This document shows positions 52,087-61,319 of a DNA stretch of 64,000 nt, piece by piece. Made by a program: the position numbers and the translations under genes. Origin of the DNA: Verrucomicrobiota bacterium. GTDB taxonomy: Bacteria > Verrucomicrobiota > Kiritimatiellia > RFP12 > UBA1067. The notes beneath the pieces are model-generated. The model did not search any database and was not told the DNA's origin. It saw nothing but the letters and a program-made list of their open reading frames with translations. Within the stretch, counting starts at the first letter, position 1. Every line of letters begins with the position of its first letter. The DNA lies in the NCBI GenBank assembly GCA_050874585.1, contig JBNMKZ010000001.1, positions 49,257 through 113,256 of the forward strand, written 5' to 3'.

Positions 52087-52488
52087 TCATTCGGGGTCGA
52101 CCCGCCGTCTCATCGCCTTAATCTCGGCGTGCGCCCGTTTGTCAGCCAGCATCTTCTGCTTCTGCCGACGCGAGCGGCGGCGTTTTTGCCGCCGAATCTT
52201 CTCCCGAGCCTGCCGCGCCGCCGACTTGCGCTTGTGCTCCCGCTCAAGGATAAGTTCCGCCAGCATCCGCCGCGCCAACCAACGATTCGTCTCGCGACTC
52301 CGTGTTTCACCACAGCGGACCATCAGTCCACTTGGTTCATGCGAGAGCCTCACAACATTCGACGTCTTGTTCGTCTTCTGCCCGCCAGGACCACTCCCGA
52401 GGATGAAACTCTCCTCCAAGTCCTCCTCATAGACATCCGCCTCCTCCATCAGGGCGGAGATTTTCGCAATGGTCTCGGGAGAAATCAT
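52087..52488 (-). CDS. arfB: Alternative ribosome-rescue factor ArfB (peptidyl-tRNA hydrolase, RF-1 domain)
   Basis: 133 aa; GGQ motif (GSGPGGQKTNKTSN); highly basic C-terminal tail (RRQKRRRSRRQKQK). Confidence 0.85.
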   Translation of the reverse strand: MISPETIAKISALMEEADVYEEDLEESFILGSGPGGQKTNKTSNVVRLSHEPSGLMVRCGETRSRETNRWLARRMLAELILEREHKRKSAARQAREKIRRQKRRRSRRQKQKMLADKRAHAEIKAMRRRVDPE

Positions 52489-52943
52489 TTGCGCCGCGCA
52501 CGAACCCGCGCCCGATGGGCAATGACAAGATGCTTAACGACCCAATAGGTCAATGGGGACAGAACCAGTGCAAGCATCAGCCCACCCAAAAAGAAACTAA
52601 ACATCACGGAACCAGACAGGGCCTTCACAGCCTCCCAGGTCCATTCATCCGGCAAATGGTAGCCCTTGCACCCGAAGAACAGACGGTAGGCGACCCATGT
52701 CTGGGCCGGGTAGATGAAGAGAATCGTCACAGGGTTGGTAATCAGCGTCCCGAGTGTCGCTCCAATCTTGCTGACCTTCATCAAAAAGGAAAGCGGAACC
52801 GAAATGACCAACTGGACGCCAAACGGCACCGCACAGCCAATGAACATTCCAAGTGCCCATCCGCCGGCAATATATTCAGGCGAAGCCTTCTCGGTCAGGA
52901 TCTTGCGCCGAATCCAGTGGATGTATTCACGAGGACTTTTCAT
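52485..52943 (-). CDS. DUF2062-family membrane protein
   Basis: ...ASPEYIAGGWALGMFIGCAVPFGVQLVISVPLSFLMKVSKIGATLGTLITNP... matches the DUF2062 pattern as I recall it. Confidence 0.65.
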   Translation of the reverse strand: MKSPREYIHWIRRKILTEKASPEYIAGGWALGMFIGCAVPFGVQLVISVPLSFLMKVSKIGATLGTLITNPVTILFIYPAQTWVAYRLFFGCKGYHLPDEWTWEAVKALSGSVMFSFFLGGLMLALVLSPLTYWVVKHLVIAHRARVRARRK

Positions 52944-54133
52944 ACGGGATGAACAAACAGCCCACTCCTCAACTTCGGTTCGAACCAGGTGGACTTCGGC
53001 GGCATAATCGCCCCGGCATCCGCAATGGCCATCATTTCATCAACCGTCACCGGCTCCATGGCGAAGGCAACAGTCGCCGCGCCCGAATCAACCTGGGCCG
53101 CCAGCGCAGCATCGCCGCGAATTCCGCCCATAAAGGAGATACGTGCGTCCGTACGCGGGTCGTCGATGCCAAGAATCGGTGCCAAGAGGCGATCCTGCAA
53201 ATAAGAAACATCCAGCGCCGACACAACATCAGCGTTCGCCGGGATTGTCCACGAAAGATCCGTCCACTGTCCACGGAAGTACATCCGGCAATTTCGTGCT
53301 CCCTTTTGCCCAATCGTGAAGTTTTGCGAAACGGCGGACAGGAATTCGTAGTCGGATAGTCCGTTCAAATCCCTCACGAGGCGATTGTAGGGGAGAACAT
53401 TCAACTGGCTTGCTGGGAAGATAACCCCCAAAAACCAGCGGCTCTCACCTTCAAAGTTGTGCGCCTTCGCGTACCGCGCCGCCGCCGCCGAACGATGATG
53501 CCCATCGGCGATGTAGGCGACCGGAATCCGGGCGAAGAGTTCCTGCAACTCATCCGCCATGCAATTTCCACCCGATGCAATTTCCCACACCGTGTGGCCA
53601 ACGCCATCTGACGCGACAAAATCATAGAGCGGCGCATTCAGGCAGGCCACCCTGACGATTTCGTCAATCGCACGATCGTCCCGGTAAGTGAGGAACGCCG
53701 GCCCCGTGTGTGCACCGAGAACCTCAATGTGCCGCGTCCGATCGTCTTCCTTATCCGTCCGCGTCTTCTCGTGCTGTTTCAGGAGACCAGACAGGTAGTC
53801 CTTCGTGTCAAATGTCGCGACGATTCCCGTCTGCGCATGCTTCCCCATCGTCTGCCGATAGGCATAGAAACGGGGAGCCGCATCTCGAACCAGCGTCCCA
53901 TTGGCAACAAGGGCATCAAGTGCCTTGCGCGCCTGGGCATAGGCGGCCGGCGACGAACCGTCCGAGCCATCCGCAAGGTCAATCTCAGGCCGCGAAACAT
54001 GAAGAAAGCTCTTCGGATTCCCCTGGACGAGGGCTTTTGCCTCCGCCGTGGACACGACATCATAGGGAACGGCCGCAACCGCAGCCGCATCCTTCTCGTT
54101 AGGCCGAACGGCCGCGAACGGGCGAATGTTCAT
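52940..54133 (-). CDS. DUF1015-family protein
   Basis: MNIRPFAAVRPNEKDAAAVAAVPYDVVSTAEAKALVQGNPKSFLHVSRPEIDL... matches the characteristic DUF1015 N-terminus. Confidence 0.7.
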   Translation of the reverse strand: MNIRPFAAVRPNEKDAAAVAAVPYDVVSTAEAKALVQGNPKSFLHVSRPEIDLADGSDGSSPAAYAQARKALDALVANGTLVRDAAPRFYAYRQTMGKHAQTGIVATFDTKDYLSGLLKQHEKTRTDKEDDRTRHIEVLGAHTGPAFLTYRDDRAIDEIVRVACLNAPLYDFVASDGVGHTVWEIASGGNCMADELQELFARIPVAYIADGHHRSAAAARYAKAHNFEGESRWFLGVIFPASQLNVLPYNRLVRDLNGLSDYEFLSAVSQNFTIGQKGARNCRMYFRGQWTDLSWTIPANADVVSALDVSYLQDRLLAPILGIDDPRTDARISFMGGIRGDAALAAQVDSGAATVAFAMEPVTVDEMMAIADAGAIMPPKSTWFEPKLRSGLFVHPV

Positions 54134-54138
54134 TCGAA

Positions 54139-54702
54139 TCAGAAACCGATATTGAGACCGAGGAAGACGGGGAGTTCCGCATCGCGAATCACGTTGACCA
54201 AGCCAATCTGAAAGCCGTAAAGCGTCTCAGCGCGGTTGATGAGGCCGACCTGGAAGCCCTGCCCCGATCCCGACACATTGACAAGCCCAACCTGCGCGCC
54301 CCGGAAGCTCTCCGACTCATTCCAAAGACCGGCCTGCACGCAGAAGAGATCGCCGCGGCCAACCGAGTTGTAAAGGCCGACCTGCACGCCCCCGAAGATG
54401 TCCTTCACATCATTTCGGATGATGCTCAGCCCGATACCCTCGAAATTCTGGCTCCGCCCCCAAAGGCCGAGGTCAATGCCCGTCACGTTCTCCTGCTTCG
54501 AGGAAAAGGGAATCGTCAGGCGAAGACCGACAAGGTCTGGTGTCTCAGGCCACTCGGCCACGGCAAAGCAAGCCGGCCAAATCGCATAGTTTTCGGAAGC
54601 AGACGATTCCGAAGCCGTCTTCTTGCTGGACGTCTCGTCCGCACGGACCTGAAACTGTGCCACAACCGAAGCAACAAGCGCAAGCAACACCAACTTCTTC
54701 AT
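54139..54702 (-). CDS. Exported protein with G-x-Q-[VI]-G-L-x-N surface repeats
   Basis: Start moved to MKKLVLLALVASVVAQFQVRA. Repeats GVQVGLYN, CVQAGLWN, GAQVGLVN, GFQVGLIN, GFQIGLVN. Confidence 0.65.
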   Translation of the reverse strand: MKKLVLLALVASVVAQFQVRADETSSKKTASESSASENYAIWPACFAVAEWPETPDLVGLRLTIPFSSKQENVTGIDLGLWGRSQNFEGIGLSIIRNDVKDIFGGVQVGLYNSVGRGDLFCVQAGLWNESESFRGAQVGLVNVSGSGQGFQVGLINRAETLYGFQIGLVNVIRDAELPVFLGLNIGF

Positions 54703-54763
54703 GTTTCTTTCTCCTATTTGGATTTGTGTAAAGTATATGCTATTTTGGCTGATTTTGCAAGTG

Positions 54764-55270
54764 TCAACCGAGAATCGTGACCTTGCGGATGACAATCGCC
54801 TCCTCCGGCACATTCTGGTGCGGGCCGGCGAATCCCGTCTTCACCTTGGCAATTGAATCGACGACCTCCATGCCATCCGTCACTTCTCCGAAGACCGCAT
54901 ACCCATAGCCCTGTGCGGTTGGCGCGGTGAAGTCGAGGAAGTCGTTATCCACAAGATTGATGAAGAACTGGCTGGTCGCCGAATCAGGGACCATCGTACG
55001 GGCCATGGCAATTGTGCCGCGGCGGTTGCGCAGGCCGTTCATCGCCTCATTGCGAATGGGCTCACGCGTCGCCTTCTGGTTCATGTCACGCGTAAAGCCA
55101 CCACCCTGAATCATGAAGCCGTCAATGACGCGGTGAAAAATCGTCCCGTCATAGAAGCCGTCCTTCGCATACTTGACGAAGTTCTTGACTGTCTCAGGGG
55201 CCTTCTCCCCATCCAGTTCAAGGGTAATCGTCCCCACGCTGGTTTCCATCGTCACCTTTGTCTTTGCCAT
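54764..55270 (-). CDS. ppiB: Peptidyl-prolyl cis-trans isomerase (cyclophilin type)
   Basis: Start moved to [58 protein letters not shown]. Confidence 0.93.
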   Translation of the reverse strand: MAKTKVTMETSVGTITLELDGEKAPETVKNFVKYAKDGFYDGTIFHRVIDGFMIQGGGFTRDMNQKATREPIRNEAMNGLRNRRGTIAMARTMVPDSATSQFFINLVDNDFLDFTAPTAQGYGYAVFGEVTDGMEVVDSIAKVKTGFAGPHQNVPEEAIVIRKVTILG

Positions 55271-55292
55271 TTTCAATCTCCTTGTGAAAATA

Positions 55293-56699
55293 TCAGGCGA
55301 TTTCCTCGAACGCCTTGCAGACGCGAAGAAGTTTCGACTCCTCAAAGCCACCGCAGATGAATTGCACACCCACCGGCAAATGCGTCCCCTCCGTGAAGCC
55401 CGCTGGAACGGATGCCGCGCACACGCCCGCCAACGCGGATGGGATTGTGTAGAGGTCATTCAGGTACATAGTGAGCGGATCCTGCAACTCGCCAAACTTG
55501 AAGGCCGGCGTCGGGGCGCACGGCGTCAGGAGCGCATCCACCTTTTCAAACGCGGCATCGAAGTCGCGCTTGATGAGCGTACGCACCTTCTGCGCCCGCC
55601 CGTAATAGGCGTCATAATAACCGCTCGACAAGACGTAAGTTCCCATGATGATGCGGCGCTTCACCTCAGGGCCGAACCCTTCGGCACGGCTCTTCGTGTA
55701 AAGCGACAGAACATCCGTCGCCTTCTCGGAACGATGCCCGTACCGCACACCATCAAAACGAGCCAAGTTCGCACTCGCCTCAGCCGGTGCAATGATGTAG
55801 TAGACGGCCATTGCGTACTCGGTGTGGGGAAGCGAGACTTCCACGAGCTCGGCCCCCGCCGCCTCACATTTTGCAATGGCCGCATCCGTCAGGCGCTTGA
55901 CTTCGGCATCCATGCCCGCCACATCGAGATACTCTTTCGCGAGGCCAATCTTCACGCCCTTGAGCGTTGCGCCCTCCAGGTCCGCCAAGTAATCCGGCAC
56001 GGGATCCCGCGGCGTCGTTCCGTCCATCTCATCGTGTCCAGCGAGCGCCTTCAGCAGAATCGCCGCGTCCTCGACCGACTTCGTCATCGGCCCGACCTGG
56101 TCGAGCGAACTGGCGAACGCCGTGACACCAAAGCGACTGACGCGACCGTAACTCGGCTTGATGCCGACGCAATTGCAAAAACTCGCCGGCTGGCGAATCG
56201 ACCCACCCGTATCCGTGCCAAGCGCGGCAATGCACATGTTCGCGCCCACCGCCGCCGCGCTACCGCCCGACGAGCCACCGGGCACACGCGTCAGATCGTA
56301 GGGATTGCGCGTCACACCCAATGCGGAGTTCTCGGTCGACGATCCCATCGCAAACTCGTCCATGTTGACGCGTCCCGCCGGGATGAACCCATTGGCCTTC
56401 AGGTTCTTGATGACCGTTGCGTCATACGGCGAAACATAGCCCTTCAGAATCTTCGACCCACACGTACAGGGCTGCCCCTTGACGTTAATCAAATCCTTGA
56501 TGGCAATCGGCACGGCAGTCGGGTTCTCTTTCGCAAGTGCCAGGGCCTGCTCCTCATCAAATGTCAGGTAAGCCCCAACCTCGCCGTTCTTTTCATGGAC
56601 ACGGCCGATAATCGACTGCACGAGATCCGTACTCGTGAAATCCCCTTTCGCAAGCCCAGCCTGCGCCTCTCGAATGCCAAGTTCGTAAAGCTCACTCAT
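55293..56699 (-). CDS. gatA: Glutamyl/aspartyl-tRNA amidotransferase subunit A
   Basis: Amidase signature ...[11 protein letters not shown]...[12 protein letters not shown]... Confidence 0.95.
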   Translation of the reverse strand: MSELYELGIREAQAGLAKGDFTSTDLVQSIIGRVHEKNGEVGAYLTFDEEQALALAKENPTAVPIAIKDLINVKGQPCTCGSKILKGYVSPYDATVIKNLKANGFIPAGRVNMDEFAMGSSTENSALGVTRNPYDLTRVPGGSSGGSAAAVGANMCIAALGTDTGGSIRQPASFCNCVGIKPSYGRVSRFGVTAFASSLDQVGPMTKSVEDAAILLKALAGHDEMDGTTPRDPVPDYLADLEGATLKGVKIGLAKEYLDVAGMDAEVKRLTDAAIAKCEAAGAELVEVSLPHTEYAMAVYYIIAPAEASANLARFDGVRYGHRSEKATDVLSLYTKSRAEGFGPEVKRRIIMGTYVLSSGYYDAYYGRAQKVRTLIKRDFDAAFEKVDALLTPCAPTPAFKFGELQDPLTMYLNDLYTIPSALAGVCAASVPAGFTEGTHLPVGVQFICGGFEESKLLRVCKAFEEIA

Positions 56700-56995
56700 G
56701 ACTCGGCTCCTTCCACAATCTTCGGCAAAAGGAATTCATCCCCAACCTTCGCCGGTGCATTCGACAGGGCGATTTCGCGATCGAGCGAAGGACGCACAAC
56801 ATCCTCTCGAAAGGCATTGACCAGTGGGCGCCCGTGCATCATCGGCTCAACGCCCGTCACATCAACGGCCGCAATCTTCTCGACGTACTTGACGATGGTC
56901 TCAAGTTGCGGCTGAAATGTCGCCTTTTCCTCGTCCGTCAACTCCAGCCGCGCCAAATTCGCGACGTAGGCGACGTCAATCTTGCCTTCTGCCAT
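56696..56995 (-). CDS. gatC: Glutamyl/aspartyl-tRNA amidotransferase subunit C
   Basis: Start moved to MAEGKIDVAYVANLARLELTDEEKATFQPQLETIVKYVEKI. ATGA overlap with gatA. Confidence 0.9.
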   Translation of the reverse strand: MAEGKIDVAYVANLARLELTDEEKATFQPQLETIVKYVEKIAAVDVTGVEPMMHGRPLVNAFREDVVRPSLDREIALSNAPAKVGDEFLLPKIVEGAES

Positions 56996-56996
56996 C

Positions 56997-58133
56997 TTAC
57001 TTGCTCCAGGTCGGGGTAATCCAGTTTCCGTTCGCAACAAACATCTGCCGCGGTTCGTCACCGCCCTCCAGCGTGTCGACAATGAACAGGGCCTTGTCGC
57101 GTCCGGCGACGACATGACGATTGTCCCGCGCCCACGACGGATGCTCCCAGGTGCCCGGCTTTGTCACAAGCCGCGCCGCACCCTCGCCTTCAGCCGGGTC
57201 CAGGACTGCAATCTGCGCACCACCGCCGCGCTTCGTAATGTAGGTAATCCGTCCATCGCGCCCCCAATCGGGGTCGACGTTCTGCGACCCCTTGGAAGTC
57301 AGCCGCCGACGCGCTTTCGTCGCCACGTCGATGATGTAGAGCTGCGGATGCCGCGTCTCGTCCGAGACATAGACAATCTTCTTCCCGTCCGGGCTCCACG
57401 CCGGCTGCCCTTCGCTCGCATTCGGCGTATTCGTCAGGCGCTCGTAGCGATCGCCCTCAATCACGTAAAGTTCGGGATTGCCCTGGAAGGAGAGGATGAT
57501 GGCCACACGCTTGCCGTCCGGCGAAACCGCCGCGCCCGTGGTCAGGCCCCTGAAACTCCAGCGAAGCCTGCGCTTCTGGCTCGCCAGGTTGTATTCATAG
57601 ATTTGCGGACCCGACTTCAAGAACGTGTAGAAAAGCGTATTGTCATCCTTCCAACGCGGCCCGACGATTCCACGCGAATCGGACGTCAACTGGCGGATGT
57701 CGTACCCATCCGGATAACTCACGCACAGTTCCGAATTATCCTTGCCCTTCCTGTTCACAAAGGCGATTGGGCTGCAGGCAAAGCCCTTCTGCTGACCGAA
57801 GGCCTCGCACATGGCATCCGACAGCTTGCGCGCCGCCATGCGTGCGGACTTCTCGTCCGAAACCGTCGCCGTTGATGTAATGACCTTGCCACGGCCTTCG
57901 GCCTTCACGGCCGAACCAGGAGTCCCCGAGACCGAAATCGAGCCATTGTCCTGGACAACGAAAAGCCCGGACCGTTCAAGATTCCGCCGCAGGCACTTCG
58001 CGTAGTTCGCATCGTTGACCTTGATGGCGACGGTGAACTTCTCGGCACCGACACCCGTCACGTCAACCACCGTCTCGGCGAAGGCAAGACCCGCCATCGC
58101 CCATACGGAACAAAAAATCAGTTTCTTCAGCAT
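56997..58133 (-). CDS. tolB: TolB-like beta-propeller periplasmic protein
   Basis: Start moved to MLKKLIFCSVWAMAGLAFA (signal). TolB N-domain followed by repeated P.WSPDG..I.Y propeller blades. Confidence 0.82.
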   Translation of the reverse strand: MLKKLIFCSVWAMAGLAFAETVVDVTGVGAEKFTVAIKVNDANYAKCLRRNLERSGLFVVQDNGSISVSGTPGSAVKAEGRGKVITSTATVSDEKSARMAARKLSDAMCEAFGQQKGFACSPIAFVNRKGKDNSELCVSYPDGYDIRQLTSDSRGIVGPRWKDDNTLFYTFLKSGPQIYEYNLASQKRRLRWSFRGLTTGAAVSPDGKRVAIILSFQGNPELYVIEGDRYERLTNTPNASEGQPAWSPDGKKIVYVSDETRHPQLYIIDVATKARRRLTSKGSQNVDPDWGRDGRITYITKRGGGAQIAVLDPAEGEGAARLVTKPGTWEHPSWARDNRHVVAGRDKALFIVDTLEGGDEPRQMFVANGNWITPTWSK

Positions 58134-58176
58134 TTTCAGACAATCTCCTTTCTGTTCGTCCATCCAATCAGCCGCC

Positions 58177-59397
58177 TCAGGTCGTGTAGTCCGCATTGAT
58201 GTGGACGTAGTCCAATGAGAAATCGCAGGTATAGACCGAACTCTCGCCCGTGCCAAGGTGGAGGTCAACGACGACCTCGAAGGCGTCCTTTTTCATGACC
58301 TTCGCCAGTTTTTCAAGTTGGGCGGCATCCGCAATCTTGCCGAACCGATAGGCCCAGACCTTGTCGTAGAAGACCTCCGCCTTCGTATCGACGACGTCGG
58401 CACCCGAATAGCCAACTGCCGCGAGAACCCGTCCCCAGTTCGGATCGCGCCCGAACCAGCTCGTCTTCGCCAAGGGCGACTTCGCCACGGCCCGCGCCGC
58501 ACGCGCCGCATCCTTCTCGGACTTTGCGCCGCGCACCGTCACCGTCACAAACTTCGTCGCGCCCTCGCCATCCGTCGCCATCTGCTTCGCCAGCGAGATG
58601 CACACGGCCTCAAGGGCCGACCGAAACGCCTCAAAATCTTCCCCGCCGCGCACAATCGGCGCGTTCCCGGCACAACCGGAAGCCAACAGGAAGACGGAGT
58701 CATTCGTCGACTCATCGCCGTCCACCACCAACCGGTTGAAACTCTTCGCAATTGCAAGCGACAGCGCCCGCTTCAGCATCGCCGGGCTAATTGCCGCGTC
58801 CGTCGTGATGAAACCGAGCATCGTCGCCATGTTCGGCTCAATCATCCCCGACCCCTTGCTCATGCCACCGACCGTCACCTTGCGCCCGTCAATGGTCACC
58901 GTCGCACACGCCTGCTTCGGCTTCGTGTCGGTTGTCATCACGGCCTTTTCCGCCGCGAGCCCATGCTCAGCCGTCCGCCCGAGCTGGCCCGCCGCCTGCC
59001 GCATACCGCCCAGCAACCGATCCATGGGCAACCGCCGCCCGATGACACCCGTCGAGGCAACGAGCACGTGCTGGGGGTCAATGCCGAGCTCACCCGCCGT
59101 CACCAGCGCGGACAGCTTCGCATCCTTCAGGCCCGCCTCACCCGTGCAGGCATTCGCACAGCCGGAATTCGCCAGAATCGCCTGCACACGCCCGCCCTTC
59201 ACAATCTCACGATCGTAGAGCACGGGTGCCGCCGCGACACGGTTGGTCGTAAAGACCGCCGCCGCCGCGCAGGGCGCATCGGCCACAATCAGGGCAACGT
59301 CATTTCGCCCCTCGTACTTGATGGCGGCCCCCACGCCCGCGGCGCGGAAACCCTTGGCGGAACAGACACCGCCCTTAACGATCCTGCAGTTTGACAT
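58177..59397 (-). CDS. argJ: Bifunctional glutamate N-acetyltransferase / amino-acid acetyltransferase
   Basis: ...AKGFRAAGV...; autoproteolysis site PNMATMLGFITTDA; C-terminal INADYTT. Confidence 0.94.
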   Translation of the reverse strand: MSNCRIVKGGVCSAKGFRAAGVGAAIKYEGRNDVALIVADAPCAAAAVFTTNRVAAAPVLYDREIVKGGRVQAILANSGCANACTGEAGLKDAKLSALVTAGELGIDPQHVLVASTGVIGRRLPMDRLLGGMRQAAGQLGRTAEHGLAAEKAVMTTDTKPKQACATVTIDGRKVTVGGMSKGSGMIEPNMATMLGFITTDAAISPAMLKRALSLAIAKSFNRLVVDGDESTNDSVFLLASGCAGNAPIVRGGEDFEAFRSALEAVCISLAKQMATDGEGATKFVTVTVRGAKSEKDAARAARAVAKSPLAKTSWFGRDPNWGRVLAAVGYSGADVVDTKAEVFYDKVWAYRFGKIADAAQLEKLAKVMKKDAFEVVVDLHLGTGESSVYTCDFSLDYVHINADYTT

Positions 59398-60727
59398 ATT
59401 CCCTCGGGTGGAAAATTGGCTTGTAGGCGGGACGAATGATGGGTCCCTCGTTGATGAGTTCCTCCATGCGATGCGAGCACCAGCTCACGCACCGTGCCAC
59501 GGCAAAAAGCGGCGTATAGAGGTCGCGTGGAATGCCCAGCATATCGTAGACGAAGCCAGAGTACAGATCCACGTTGGCGCACACGTCTTCCGCCTTCGGA
59601 TGACGGCTCTTGATGATTTCAGGGCCATAGTCCTCAATCATCTCGAAGAGGGCCATCTCGTCCTGCCGCCCTTTCGCGGTCGCCAGTTCACGCGCCTTCT
59701 TCTTCAGCATCTGCGCACGCGGATCCGAAATCGTGTAGACGGCGTGCCCGAGACCGTAAATCAGCCCCGTGCCATCGCCCGCCTTCTTGTCGGCAATCTT
59801 CTCAAGATAGGCCTTCACGTTCGCCGGCTTCGTCCAGTCCTTCACCTTGCTCTTGATTTCGTTCATCTGCCGCATGACGCGCAGGTTCGCACCACCATGC
59901 CGCGACCCCTTCAGGGCCAGCACGGATGCCGCGAGCGACGAGTAGATGTCGGTGAAGGAACTCGTCACCACATGGGTCACGAACGACGAATTGTTGCCGC
60001 CGCCGTGCTCCGCATGGAGAATGAGGGCGAGGTCAAGCGTCGAGGCCTCAAGCTTCGTGTACTTGCCGTCCTCCCGAATCAGCAGGAGGAAGTTCTCAGC
60101 CGTCGACCGCTTCGGATCGGGGTTGCGAATCAGCAGCGACCCGCCGTCGTGATAGTGCCGCTTGGCCTGATAGGCGTACGCGGCAATCGTCGGAAAGGCC
60201 CCGATCATCTCAATGGACTGCGCCAGGCACTTCTCAATCGAGAGGTCGTCCGGCGTGCCATCCTCGTCAAATGCGTACGAGAACAGGACGGCACGCGCAA
60301 TCGCATTCATGATGTCTCGCGGCGGATTGCGCATGATGGCGTTCTCCTTGAAGCCATCCGAAAGCCGCCGGTACTGACCGAGCTTGTTCTTCCAGTCAAT
60401 CAGCTGCCGCACGGTCGGCAGTTCCCCGAAGAGCAGCAAATAGGCCGTCTCTTCATAACCGAAGCGGTGCTCGCGGCGATCCGCCGCCACAATGTCCTTG
60501 ACGTTGATGCCGCGATAGTAGAGTTCACCGGGAATCGCCTGCTTTTCGCCCTCGCTAATGACGTAGCCATGAACATTACCAATCGTCGTCAGCCCGACGA
60601 GAACACCAGACCCATCCGCATTGCGAAGCCCACGCTTCACGCCATACTTGACGTAAAGCGAGGGGTCAATCCAGTCGGCCTTGCGGACCATGTCCGCCTG
60701 CTGCTTGAGCCAATCTTTTTCTATCAT
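59375..60727 (-). CDS. gltA: Citrate synthase
   Basis: LILHAEHGGGNNSSF and IYGLGHAVYT catalytic His motifs. Start set to ATG 60725-60727 (MIEKDWLKQ...). Confidence 0.9.
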   Translation of the reverse strand: MIEKDWLKQQADMVRKADWIDPSLYVKYGVKRGLRNADGSGVLVGLTTIGNVHGYVISEGEKQAIPGELYYRGINVKDIVAADRREHRFGYEETAYLLLFGELPTVRQLIDWKNKLGQYRRLSDGFKENAIMRNPPRDIMNAIARAVLFSYAFDEDGTPDDLSIEKCLAQSIEMIGAFPTIAAYAYQAKRHYHDGGSLLIRNPDPKRSTAENFLLLIREDGKYTKLEASTLDLALILHAEHGGGNNSSFVTHVVTSSFTDIYSSLAASVLALKGSRHGGANLRVMRQMNEIKSKVKDWTKPANVKAYLEKIADKKAGDGTGLIYGLGHAVYTISDPRAQMLKKKARELATAKGRQDEMALFEMIEDYGPEIIKSRHPKAEDVCANVDLYSGFVYDMLGIPRDLYTPLFAVARCVSWCSHRMEELINEGPIIRPAYKPIFHPREYVKLQDR

Positions 60728-60778
60728 CAGCCTATCACACTTCTTTCGTCTGTGCACACCATCGCTTTAAACCAGTGA

Positions 60779-60784
60779 ATTATA
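60779..60784 (-). promoter_or_regulatory. Candidate -10 hexamer TATAAT for citrate synthase
   Basis: Revcomp of ATTATA; ~50 nt upstream of the ATG. Confidence 0.4.
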
Positions 60785-61072
60785 CCGAATCTGGCGGATT
60801 TCCGCAAGGGCACCCGAGCGCCAGGAGAGAAAAAGGACACCCACCACAAGGCCCCGGGTACGGGCTGACCGACCGGGACGCAAAATCGCGGCGGCGGCGT
60901 GGAACGGGTCCGTCCGACGGGGCCTGCGCACCTCCCTGCGCCCGTTCGCGCAGACGCCCACCCTCGCGGCGGCACAAATCCGTGCAGAAATGCCCAACAC
61001 AAACGGAAATTCTGCCAATTACAGAGGGTGGGGAGGCCCGTCGCCACGGGTTGAGACGGGCATCAGGACGGG

Positions 61073-61156
61073 AAACCACCTTAGTCCTTTACACAAACCA
61101 CTAAGGTGGTTTGGTGAAAGCACCTTAGTGGTTTGATCAAACCTCCTTAGTCCTTT
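61073..61156. repeat. Palindrome array built on ACC(A/T)CCTTAGT motifs with mutually exclusive 13-bp pairings
   Basis: AAACCACCTTAGT (61073-61085) pairs with ACTAAGGTGGTTT (61100-61112). AAACCACTAAGGTG (61096-61108 core) pairs with CACCTTAGTGGTT (61121-61133). Palindrome GGTTTGATCAAACC at 61130-61143. Fourth motif CTCCTTAGTCCTTT at 61143-61156. Confidence 0.85.
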
Positions 61157-61319
61157 CCCGAAGTGATGCGCATCTCGACCCTTTGGGATGCCCATCTCAG
61201 CCCCTTCCCTTGCTCCTGCCAGCCCGCTCCCTTCAGCAGGACGCGCGCCCCAGGTGGGCATCTCCCTGCGCGGCGCGGCGGTTTGCGGGGGTGCGGGGTC
61301 GCAGCCCCCGTCCCCCGCC

